Below the pieces are notes generated by a model, which saw only the letters and a program-made list of their open reading frames with translations, made no database searches and had not been told where the DNA came from. Shown here piece after piece: positions 39,060 to 51,390 of a stretch of 64,000 nt of DNA (within the stretch, counting starts at the first letter, position 1; each line of letters begins with the position of its first letter). The position numbers and the translations under genes are program-made. The stretch is from Octopus vulgaris (Eukaryota). The stretch lies in NCBI GenBank assembly GCA_951406725.2, contig OX597819.1, positions 81,778,001 through 81,842,000 on the forward strand, written 5' to 3'.

Positions 39060-39950
39060 CCAGAATAATAAACAATTACTTTTACTTCATCCCTCCTCCT
39101 CCTCCCAAACCTGCTGCTGTATATGTTTCAGCTTCATATTCAGCATTGTCTACTAAGTTTGTTATGCATTTTACAATGTGGGAGAAAAACAAGTCATTGC
39201 TTTGCCAATTGCTTTTGCGAACATTATTCGAAGTAAACTACTACATATGCCAGGCCTACCTGTCATTGCCCACTTCAACTCAGCAAGCCTTTCCATTATA
39301 CCTTTATCAGTGAGGGGCATCTCTACACGAAAGGATTCACATAGTGAAGGAAACAGATGAAGTAACATTTCATATTCAAACTCGGAAGCATGGCACTGAT
39401 AAGTTTAAACGAATGGTTTTCATTCTACTCCTTCAGCCCCTCCAAATTTAGTAATCACGATTTTATTTTCCAGCTTCACTCTCATCTCAAATTGTGACTT
39501 TAAATGTTTCATTTCCGAAGGCAGCGGGATAAATGAGCAAAAATATTGGAAAACATTTCGAGATATAGTTAACTAACATTACATCGAGATCTGCTTGATT
39601 GCAGGAAAAAAAAAATCCGTAAGAAAGCGCATTACATTTTCCCTTCCCCTTCATCCTCACCAAGTTGTCTTCCACTTTTTAAAAAATTTCTTTTTCCTTC
39701 TCTTTCTATCACCTTGTTTCGCCGTTTTACTATTTCTTGTCCACGTATGCAAGCTCACGTTGTTTTGCGATCCTCATCAGTTGATAGATGTAAAACTCTG
39801 ATGCCTCAAAGACAAATGTAAAACTCTGATGCCTCTCCTTGTTTCCTTCAGTCATGGTTATTCTGAAAAAGGACAGTCCAAAACGTTGGAAACTTAACTC
39901 TTCACGGAAAATTTATCTTATACTATCAATCACTTTTTTCAAATGATACA
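39060..39950 (+). mobile_element. Decayed Penelope-like element 3' part (GIY-YIG + pseudo-LTR with degenerate hammerhead)
   Basis: 'GE...PGLPVIAHFNSASLSIIPLSVRGI', 'FIFKLGS'. Degenerate core CTGAAAA-A-GGAC-A-GTCC-AAAACGTT at 39863-39887. Confidence 0.65.
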
Positions 39951-40819
39951 GACTGCCACGAGTTTACTTGAATTCTTATTTATTCTATGTGTGTATGCTT
40001 CAGAGGAAGGTTTCACCTTGATGATATTTTGGTGTAACTTCTGATCAAAAATATGTCAAAACTGACATTTTTGGTAATAACCGGCAGGTTTAGGGGCTTC
40101 GTTATTTCTTATAGTGAACAAGTATTTTGTAGATTTGAAATTGTTCTACAATTGCAGAAATGTATATCTTTTAAACATAAGACATGATGTAATCGTCAGG
40201 AGTTCAAAAATGACTACACTCCTTGTTAATAACGGCATTACTCTGAAGTCTTATAAGGATAATTTTGTTCGTATTTAGGGTGTTTCTTTTGGAATTATTT
40301 GCTCAAACATATCCGCCCGTTCTTAAGTCGCATGGGATATCGTCACTGAGTGTGTCTTGAGGAATTTATTCTCATAGTGCAGACATAGTTGTATTAAGAA
40401 GATCGCGTTGCACCTATGTTTTTGGGTTCAGTTCTGCTATGCGGCACTTTGGCAAAGTGTCTTTACTATTGCTCCGAATCGTCCAATGCCTAGTGAGTAA
40501 ATTTGGTAGATGGAAACTGTATGGAAGCCTGACGTGCACACACACACACACACAAGCACAAGCACACACACACACACATACGTTTATTATTAAACAAGAA
40601 TATTGTTGACAATGACTCCGAAGTTTAAGCAAGTTAAGCCATCGTCGGACTGGCCGAAACTTCGAAATCACTGCGAACAATATTCTTATTTAACAATAAA
40701 CTTGTACTCTACAAAATTACGGAGTAACCCATCGGATTAATGTAAAATTGTTTTTATTGTAACTAAACATAAAAACAAACATTAATATATATCATATGTT
40801 AACAAATATAAGTTGGTAT

Positions 40820-41315
40820 TTTTTTTTTGAAGCGCGGAAATGTAATGTAGTGCAAGTAGAAAGATATATTTTTCAACGTGTATGTACTGATAGATCAGCA
40901 TATATAGGATAAAAATCCCTAGAGATCAAATAAATCTGTCAGTAACCAACCATGAGACTCGAACTCACCTCCCTTTAATTTCTGGTCAAAGTGCTTTACC
41001 ATTAAGCTAAACTGCTTTACTGACAAATTCTTCTACAATTTTAGAACTTATAAACTCATCCAGAAATGCTAGATGGAATAGAAATTTCGTCATATGTAAA
41101 CAAACATAAGTTTTTTTTTTAAGCGCTGAAATGTATTGAAGTACAAGTAGAAAGATACATTTTACAACGCATAAGTACTGACAGTACATCATGTATAGGA
41201 AAAAATCCTTACAGAGCACTTTGACCGAAAATTAAGGGGTGGGGATTTCGAGTCTCATGGTTGGTTGCTGACAGATTTTTCTGCTCTGTAAGGATTTTGT
41301 TCTATATATGCTGTA
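40820..41315. mobile_element. Cluster of three pieces of another tRNA-headed short retroposon (two minus, one plus, head-to-head)
   Basis: Minus head gcagtttagcttaatggtaaagcac...gagttcgagtctc (41015-40950); direct repeat 40820-40920 vs 41110-41215; inverted piece 41215-41313. Confidence 0.6.
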
Positions 41316-42237
41316 TATATATATACATGCGTATATGTATTTATGTATATATATTATATATATGTGTGTGTGTGTGGGTTGTGCTTCTGTGTGTGTTTAC
41401 ATCCCGACTCACTGTTGGTTTGTCTGCGTCCCCGTAACTCAGCGGTTCGGCAAAAGACGCTGATAGAACAAGTGCTAGATTAAAAAAAAAAAAAAGCACT
41501 GAAGCCGATTCGTTCGACTACAATCCTTAAAGGTGTTGCTCCAGCATAGTCACAGTCCAGTGAGTGAAAGAAGTTAATGATAGAATATCTCGCTAGAGGT
41601 CACTCCTTTGGTTTTAGAACACCTCATTGCTTTGTTTTTATGGAAATTATTTAGCTGGTTCTGTTTAACTATGTACCTTAAGATATTCAAATAACGCCTG
41701 CGATGTACTTAACTCATTTCTTTCACTTCGTATTTTGCACAAGCTAAATTTGCTCGATATCACTAATTCTGTAGAAGCTTCAGTTGAAGTGTACATGTCT
41801 ATGTGTTATATGTGTGTATGCGCCTGTTGTATATTACATCAGCATTACGCTATCGCTTTGCAGGTACGACAGTGCAGTATGAATTGCCGTTACAAGCAAT
41901 GGCAGCAGTGAAGAAACGATGAGTATTTACGATGGAGAATCCTATCCCTTTAATGGATACTGTACCGGGCTAAACCAGGGTGCCGTATCCAGAGGAGATT
42001 AATCCATCATCTAATTAGCATTATAGATAAACATTTCACTGTGTTTCGAAATAAACCACTCCCATAAAAAAAAGAAACGACTTAGCTCTGTGTGGTAAGA
42101 AACTAGCAAAGGAGATACTAGTCAGTATCCTATATATACCACGGCGTGGTACCTTGGGCAAGTATCTTCTACTATAGCCTCAGGCCGACCAAGCCTTGTG
42201 AGTGGATTTGGTTGACGGAAACTGAAAGAAGCCTGTC

Positions 42238-42291
<54 letters not shown>

Positions 42292-42580
42292 GTATATGTA
42301 TTTATGTGTGTGCACGTGTGCGTGTCTTTGTGCCTATGCTTGTCCCCCACCATTGCTTGACAACCATTGTTAGTCTGTTTACGTCTCCGTAACTTACCGG
42401 TTCGGTAAAAAGAGACAGATATAATAAGTACCAGTCTTAAAGAAAAAAAATAAGTACGGTGTTCAAATTATTTGACTAAAAATTTTAAAGGTCGTTACCC
42501 CGGCATGGCTGCAGTCTAATGACTGAAACAGATAATATTATATACATACATACATACATACATATATATATATATATAAA

Positions 42581-43725
42581 TGTAAACAACAAATTAAAAA
42601 GGGTGGCTTATAAGCAATTAGAACCTAAAGGCAAACTTAATAGAGGTCACAAAAGTGGTAGAGGGCACTGAATGGCACCTCTTTTGCTAAAAAATAAGCA
42701 CTGAACTTAATGACTGTCAAAGGGAGGTAAGTTTCCAGCGTACATAGTCGGATCGCGATTTCGGATTTTGATGCAGCCTAGGGTTAAACTCAACAATCTC
42801 CGTCAGTCTTATAAGAAAAACTGTTGAAAACGTGTGCTGATTTTCAAAACGGTAAAAGAGTAAATAACAAATTAAAAAGGATGTCTTATTAGCAATTAGA
42901 ACCTGTAACACTGGATGAAACGTCTGTAACACTGGATGGGTGCAGCTCTCATCCTTTACATTATAATATTAATCGAAGGAAAGAGTCAAGACTTCCGATA
43001 ACTTCAACAGCATAAATATTTTTATTTCTGGATTCGCAATATATATATTCTTCTTAGCCTAGGAGCCTAGGAGCTCGTCGCAGTAGTCAAGTGGAGTGAG
43101 CCAAATCCTGTTCGTTCAAGCATAGTGTTGCAACGCCACGAGGTAGCAGTTTGAGAGAGCTGCAACAACACAACCGTCCTGTTCGACTGTCAGCGTTCGA
43201 GAGATCGATACGCGGGAAATTTTTGCTGCTGCTAGTATTCTGCGTATGCGCATGAGGGAACTTCCGGCAGACCTCCCGGCAGACCTCCCGGAAGAATCCA
43301 ACGCTGCGCATGCGTGCTGAAGATTTCCAAAATGGCGTCACTACAAACCTAAAATCAAAATTAATAGGGATCACAAATGTGACAGAGGGTACTGACTAGC
43401 ACTTCTTTTGCTAAAAATAAGAGTTAAAACACCTCAAAGCCACCCCTTTCTATTTATTGTTTACACGTTTACCGTTTTGAAAATTAGCACGTGTTTTCAA
43501 CGCTTTTTTTATAAGGCTGGCAGAGGTAGTTGAGTTTAACCTAAGGCGTTAAGAGTCGCTGAGAAGGATTAAGATGGCGTACATAAAAATTTGAAATCGC
43601 GATCCAACTATGTACGCTGGGGACTTATTTCCTTTTGTCAGTCATTAAGTTCCACGCTGTTATAGCTTTTTAGTTGTTTTAACTCTTATTTTTAGCAAAA
43701 GAGATGCTAGTCAGTATTCTCTCTC
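42581..43725. mobile_element. Unclassified element with permuted direct and inverted modules around a GC-rich core
   Basis: Modules A-B-C-A (42581-42905), core (42906-43380), then B-A'-C'-B' (43384-43725; prime = inverted). Confidence 0.6.
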
Positions 43726-44082
43726 TCTCTCTCGCTCTCTCTCTATATATATATGTGTGTGTGTGTATGTATGTATGTATGTATGTATGTATGTATGTAT
43801 GTATGCATGTATGTATGTATGTACGTACGTACGTATGTATGTATGAATGTATGTATATATATACACACACACACAGGCACACCGCAAAGTAAATAGATCC
43901 CATCAGTTTTGAAAGATTTATTTCTAGAAATAGAAGAAAATGTCTTTTGGTCATTCGATGCATTTAGATATTTGATGTAGTATTTAGTAGGCTTGTCATG
44001 TGAAGTTTTTAATGAGTTCGAGCATCGTACAAATGAGCAGTGTCCGCACAGATAAAACCGTATAATAAATGGTGTCTATAAA

Positions 44083-45363
44083 TCAGGTCATCCCATAAGT
44101 TCTGTCCGAATTTTGAATAAAACAAGTGATCAAATGCTATATTTAATTGAAATTTAATCACCAATGTACTTTCCTTGATTATCTATGACTTCCTTCCATC
44201 TATTTACAAGCTTTTTAATCCCATCAATGTAAAACTCTTTTGGTTCCAAAGTGAAGAACTCTGAAATGTCAGTTTCGACCTCCTCCTGGCTTGCGAAAGT
44301 TATATCTCTCAAATGATTCTGTAAACTACAAAACAAATGGTAGCCTGAAGGACCAAGGTCGGGAGAATAAGGTGGATGAGGAATTTTTTCCCAACCAAGC
44401 TCTTCGATCTTCTGTGATGTGATCTTTGTAGTGTGGGGTCGCACATTGTCCTGATGAAACATCATTCCTTTTCGATCCACTAAAGCAGATATTTTTTCTT
44501 CAAAGCTTGGTTCAAACACTCTAATTGCTGACAGTAGACTTGAGTATTGATTGTTGCACTAGGTGGTAACAATTCAAAGTGAATTACTCCTTTGCAATCC
44601 CACTTGGTAGAGAGAAGAACCTTTTTATCATGAAGTTCCCTTCTCGGTTGTGGTTGAGCCTTTACCCTTTTACCAAGCCACTGTTTACGACGTTTAATAT
44701 TTCGATAGAAGATCCATTTTTCGTCATCAATCACGTCTATCCAAAAAGGGTGAAATGAGTTTGCGAGAATGGAGAGAAGAGCAGATATCAACTCGGGATT
44801 TGCGGTTCCTTTCGGACAATTCATGAGACATCCATTTTCCAAATTTAGGAATCTTTCCAAGTTGTTGAAGATGACGATGAACAGTTGTATGGTTTGAACT
44901 AAGCTTTATTGCCAATTCTTCAACTGATAATGCAGGATTTTCTTCAAGTAATGCTTCAAGGAACTTACCATCAAACTCAACTGGACGTCCTGTTTGATCT
45001 TCATCTTCAAGGCTGAAATCTCCACTTCTGAATTTTGCAAACCATCTTTTGCAAGTTCTTTCATTCAAGCATTCTTTCCCATAAACTGAGTGTGTGTTTC
45101 GAGTTTCTTCGGCTGCAGATTTTCCTTTTTCGTACTCCTAAAGCATTATGTGCCTTAAATGCTCTTTGGATATTTCCATGTTAGAAAGGGCTTTAATCAA
45201 AGAAATTTTAATTCTATTAATCTGTAAAATAATATTTAGTTAGTTTAAATGTACACAAATCCATAAAAACAATTTTTAATTCCATTAGACATTGTAGAAT
45301 ACTATTAAATTTCATTCAATTTTAAAAAAGGTAAAATCAGACAGAACTTATGGGATGACCTGA
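44083..45363 (-). mobile_element. Full-length (1281 bp) mariner element with frameshifted transposase
   Basis: TIRs tcaggtcatcccataagttctgtc / gacagaacttatgggatgacctga. 'KRWFAKFRSGDFSLED', 'DEKWIFY', 'HQDNVRPH', 'HPPYSPDLGPS' in three frames. Confidence 0.95.
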
Positions 45364-45568
45364 TATAGCTTTTATCTTTTACCAGCATCAGTTGCAAGTG
45401 GTTGAATGATAAATACAAAGGCACATACATACACAGATATATATAGGGAAGTGGGGGCTTCAGCACAGTCTCCGACTGTCGAATTCACTTGCAGGGCATT
45501 AGTCGACCCAAGGCTATAGAAGACACACAATGTACCGCACAGCGTGATTGAACACGAAACCACGTGGC

Positions 45569-45630
<62 letters not shown>

Positions 45631-46576
45631 CGTGTGTGAGTGTGTGTATGTGTGTGTGTGTGTGTGTACACGCGCGCGCGCGTTTGCTTTAGCTTGCACA
45701 GAAAAGAAATATTCGCCTGCATACATATAGAGTGCGGTATAAAGCCATAAAGGACTTGTTCGAATTACCTTGTGTGTCAATGAATGTTTAAGAGAGACTC
45801 AAACCAAACATATTAGCTTTGGCTGCAGGTGGGGAATATTATACCGAACAGGAATCATAGGACGGAAAAGGCGCAGAATTTAATCGATAAACGCTTGGCA
45901 TGAGATCAAAAGATCGGCAGTAGTTACGAAGAGAAAAGATGTTGTAGATGAATGATTTATATTTATAGAATGTATGTATGTACAAACATACACATACACA
46001 TGTCTATATATGAATATGTTTATATATTAGTATGTATGAATACACGTATATATGAATGTGTGTGTGCATGTATGTATGCATGTATGTGTATATTTATGTT
46101 TGTATGTATCCATGTTTTGTGCCTGTCTATATAGGCGTGACTGTGTGGTAGGAAGAATATCTCTCCAACCGCATGGTTCCGGATTCAGTCCCACTGCGTG
46201 GCACTTTGGGGAAGTGTCTTCTGCAACAGCCTCAGGCCAATCAAAGCCTTGTAAGTGGATTTTGTAGACAGAAACTGAAAGAAGCGCGTCGTATATAAAT
46301 TTATGTGTGCGTGCGTGTAAGTATGTGTGTGTATGTGTGTGTGTGTCTGAGTCTGTGTTTGTTCCTATCCACACTCATCGCTTGACGACAGGTGCTGGTG
46401 TGTTTACGTCACCATAACTTAGCAATTTGGCAAAAGAGACTGATAGAATATGTACCAGGCTAAAAAAAAATTATAAATACTGAAGTCGATTCATTCGACT
46501 AAAATTTTTCAAGGCGATGCCCCAGCATGGCTGCAGTAAGTAAAAATAAGAGGATAAAATAATGAAGAATCTATAT

Positions 46577-46642
<66 letters not shown>

Positions 46643-47502
46643 ATGTATGTATATGTGTGTTTGTGTGTATGCGTGCGTGCGAGCGTGTTTCTAAGGTAAT
46701 GCCATATAATATTCCTAATCAGGTTCGCAAGCTTTTATCTGCTTTAGATAACCGTTTCTAATTTTCTTGATGGAGATATCGTTATTTGAGCTGTTCAGTT
46801 TTGGCGAAAGTACACAAGAGAGATAGCTAAATGATATATTTATTGACAACTTTACCTGTTCAGATGTTTGCTTTGACCGACTAATTAGCGATTTATCGGT
46901 TTAGCTAAAATCCTAATAACCAAACTGCGGTATTGATGTATTTTCATTGATCACAAACTCTTTATCTATATTTTTTTTTATATAAAAGAAAACACAATCC
47001 GTCCTCGCAATCGATTTTATTATATTACTGGTACGTATTTTATCGATTTCGGAAAAAAAACTGAAATGCCAGTCTAAACCCTTTCTCAGAATCAGAATGT
47101 TCAGGACTAAAATTAAATATTGATCTCCTTCGTTGAAATTACGAAAAAGCCGACTCTATTGGGATTTGAATTTACAAAATGGATGGCCGAAACTAACTAA
47201 ATATTGCACATCATTTGACCCATCGTTGTGCATTTTTTGCCAATCCAAGTAGAAATATTGGATACTCACTGAAATACATGTTATCACATTTTTTGGCCTC
47301 ACTCATTGAATTTTTACGAATATTTAATATTTCAAAATTGTATGGCGGCGAGTTGGCAGAATGCTTAGCAGTATTTCGCCAGTCCTCACTTTCTGAGTTC
47401 AAATTCCGCCGAGGTCGAATTTGCCTTTCACCATTTCGGGATCGATAAAATAAGTACTAGTTGAACACTAAGGTTGATATAATCGACCAATATTTCTATA
47501 TA

Positions 47503-48336
47503 TCAGATCATCCCATAAGCTTAGTTCAAACCATAAGCTTAGTTCATCGTCATCTTCAACAACTTGGAAAGATTCCTAAATTTGGAAAATGGCTGCCTCA
47601 TTAATTGTCCGAAAGCAACCGCAAATCCCGAGTTGACATCTGTTCTTCTCTCCATTCTCGCGAACTCATTTCACCCTTTTTGGACTGGTGACGAAAAATG
47701 GATCTTCTATCGAAATGTTAAACGTCGTAAACAGTCACTTAGTAAAAGGGTAAAGGCTCAAACACAACCAAGAAGGGAACTTCATGGGGAAAGGGTCTTC
47801 TCTCTACCAGGTGGGATTGCAAAGGAGTAATTCACTTTGAATTGTTACCACCTAATACAACAATCAATGTTTAAGTCTACAGTCAGTAATTAGAACGTTT
47901 GAACCAAGCTTTGAAGAAAAAAAGACCTGCTTTAGTGAATCGAAAAGGAGTGATGTTTCATCAGGACAATGTGCGACCCCACACTGCAAAGATCACATCA
48001 CAGAAGATCGAAGAGCTTGGTTGGGAAAAAATTCTTCATCCACCTTATTCTCCCGACCTTGGTCCTTCAGACTACCATTTGTTTTGTAGTTTACAGAATC
48101 ATTTGGGGGACATAACTTTCGCAAGCCAGGAGGAGGTCGAAACTGACATTTCAGAGTTCTTCACTTTGGAACCAAAAGAGTTTTACATTGATGGAATTAA
48201 AAAACTTGTAAATAGATGGAAGGAAGTCATAGATAATCAAGGAAAGTACGTTGATGATTAAATTTCAATTAAATATAACATTTGATCACTTGTTTTCTTT
48301 ATTCAAAATTCGGACAGAACTTATGCAATGGCCTGA
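47503..48336 (+). mobile_element. Deleted copy of the same mariner family, opposite orientation
   Basis: TA|tcagatcatcccataag ... gacagaacttatgcaatggcctga|TA; C-terminal ORF nearly identical to 44154-44519. Confidence 0.9.
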
Positions 48337-51084
48337 TAGTAATTTAGTCAGCTACTAGTGTAGAAAACAATAGCAAAGATATACTTCTGTTTAAAATGTT
48401 TGGAAATGTCTCCTTAGCTTGTTCAGCCAAAAAATCGTCTTATCTAACTCCTAATATTCCCTGTCCTCCAAATCACTGTATTCAATCTAACTGTAGATTT
48501 TTCATGATGTTGAAAATATTAGAAATAATCAGGCCTTCCTTTTTATTACTTAAATTGATGGGTGAGATATGAAAATGTGACGTATTCTCCATCGCAAAAG
48601 AAGCACAAAGTCAGTCATATTCAATTAGGAATCGAAACCCTTTTTCGTTGGTTTCACCCTCTGCGAGCTTAGGTCTTGTTTTCCAGTTCATGCCGCAACA
48701 AGTTGTAGCATTTATTTCTACTTTAAGGCGGCGAGCTGGCAGAATCGTTAGCACGCCCAGCAAAGTGCATAGCATCATTTCTTCAGTCTTTACGTTCTGA
48801 GTTCAAATAGTGCCGAGATTCACTTTGCCTTTCATTCCATTCGAGGTCTATAAAACAAGTACCAGTTGAGCATCCCTTTCGGGGTTGATAAAATAAGTAC
48901 CACCTGAGTACTGGGGTCGATGTAATCGAATTACTGCTTCTCTCGAAATTCCTATTTTTGAGTCAATCTTTGAAATCAATATTTATTTCTACCTCAAGGG
49001 CTGTAGATTGGCAGAATCGTTTCAATGTCAAAAAAAAAAAAAAAAAAAGAAAAAAGAGGTTTGCGGCATTTGTTTCAGTTGTTTGCGTTCAGAGTTCAAA
49101 TTTGCCTTTCATTCCATTCCATTGGGATCAATAAAAGAAAGCACAATCATGGATAAAAGAAAGTACAATCGCTTAACACCCACCGCTAAAAATTGCTGGT
49201 CTAGTGGCTAAATAAGAAATCATTTATAAATACCAGTGCGTCGGCCAAATTGTCTTATAGCATTTAGTTATATATCATTTAGTTATATATAGCATTTAGT
49301 TATATATGTTCTGTGTTCAAATTCCATTGGGGTCAACTTTGCCTTTCAGCTTTTCTGGGTCGATAAAGAAGATGCCAGTCAAGTGGGGTAGCTATAATCG
49401 ACTATTCCTCTACCCGAACATGTAACCTTATGCATATATAAGACATTAATATCACTCGTTTTTATGTTCTGAGTTCAAATTCCGCTGTTGACTTTGCTTT
49501 TTATCCTTTCGAGAACGATAAAATAAGTACTAATTAATTGTGTACTGGGGTTGATGTAATCGACTTAACTCCCTCCTCCGAACTTGCTGGCCTTGTGGCA
49601 AAATATGAAAGTGGTATTTATTTATTCCTTAAGAGTAGTGAGTTGGCAGAATCATTAAAGACTGTTTTGATTTCAAATCACGCCAAGATAGATTTTTCTT
49701 TCTTTCTTCAGAAGTCGATTTAAGGGACTTCCTGAAAATTTGTTGTCATATACCAATGTTAAAAGGTACAAAAAATTTTAAGGTAAACTATAAGGTCAAC
49801 TGGTTCGATCCCATGATAAGAAGTTATTAAAAGAAATTTAAAAAATCCTTCAGAATTAGAACTCAAAACAAATGAAGTAAAAACAAAGTTTTCTAACGGA
49901 ATGAAGTTGGCCTGTTGTGCCCTGTTCTGTTTCGCCAGTTTCACTGAATCTATTGGTTTCTTCTTTAAGCATAAAGGAAACATATTTTCTGCGAAAGGGT
50001 GCGGCTATTTGAATTGAATGATTATTGAAGGATTACAGCTAGAAAGTGAACTCAGATGGGATTTGAACTTGGAATAAAGAGAGAGGTGATCAAACATTAT
50101 AATGCATGTAGTCCATTAAGTCCAGGGATCTTCTTATAGACCATAACAACCGCCCTTTTGACAGCGATATATGAAATTGAATGACTATGTTTTATGTGAA
50201 ACATTTGCAAACTATATAATGAAGCGAATTGTTAGCAACACAGATGTGTCTGTTATAAAACACAAGAAAAATCAAACCGTATCATACATCAATCATACAA
50301 TCCGGTTTCTGATTGAATACCTCTTGATTTATTATCGATCAACAAACATGCACATGAGCGCTTAGGCGTGAATAAACAGTGTAGTAACACTAATTGCTAG
50401 CAACTCTGGATTGCAAATCTTTTGACGTTATCATGTACGAGAACCAGTGAAAATTCTCACCTGTGGAATAGAACAAGAAAAATATTTGGATATTCAACTT
50501 TCATATCGATCGTTGGATTGATACATAAAGCTTAGTCATTAATTAATTCCCTGCATTAATTTCTGCACGTTCCTCAAACACCAAGATTGTTGATCTTAAT
50601 CTTTTCCAATACCATTTAAATATTAGGCTAGAGCAACAAGAAGGCCTCTACATAGTTGCCTGTCTTGTTAGAAATAACAGCTAAATCGCCATCATATGAC
50701 ATCCCTCTGTCCTCAAAAAGTGACACATTAGACAATACCAACTTGGTTATACGGAAAGTTGGAATGGTAACTATTAGAATACCTTTGATCCACATGCCAG
50801 TTCGATCAAGCTTCTGGGATTAAAAAAAACCCAGTTTACCCGTTAGTACTATAAGAGTCAATTTTCTAACCATTCTGGATAAAAAATATCGGTCAACAAT
50901 TAATCAGGCCCTATTGGAAATAAGAGTGATGATGTTCCCAAGGGTGAAATCCAGGGTTACTCCTCAAATTCCCCCATAGAGAGTGCCAATCTCCTCTACT
51001 GGAAAATAAACGATACAAACTAACTTGCTACGTACGAAATCTGTACGCATGCATGCATGCAACTATGCATGTATGTATGTATGT

Positions 51085-51390
51085 ATGTAGTGCATTTCAG
51101 AAGTTTTGAGACATTTTTAGGAGAGGTAATTATAATTGTTCTAGATTATTGTAATTTTAGTATATCATTATTAAACATGTACTAAGCTGACTTGACAACC
51201 TTTGTTATTCTAGATTGAAGGAAGCAGTTGTAACAGTAATTTGAACACATCCCACTAAACACTGCTTGTCACAGCTGACTAGTTTGCTGAGTGTAGCCGG
51301 GACATGAAGAAGACAATTTGGAAGCTCGCTATGCAATAAAGTTTTGTGTTAAATCAGGTAAAAATGCTACAGAAACTTATGAAATGCACC
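51085..51390 (+). mobile_element. Mariner 5' fragment
   Basis: 'LEARYAIKFCVKSGKNATETYEM' N-terminal motif. Confidence 0.6.

Noticed and set aside
37379-39641. 2.3-kb DNA transposon with 156-bp TIRs
   Set aside because: No TSD, and the Penelope remnant continues across the right copy.
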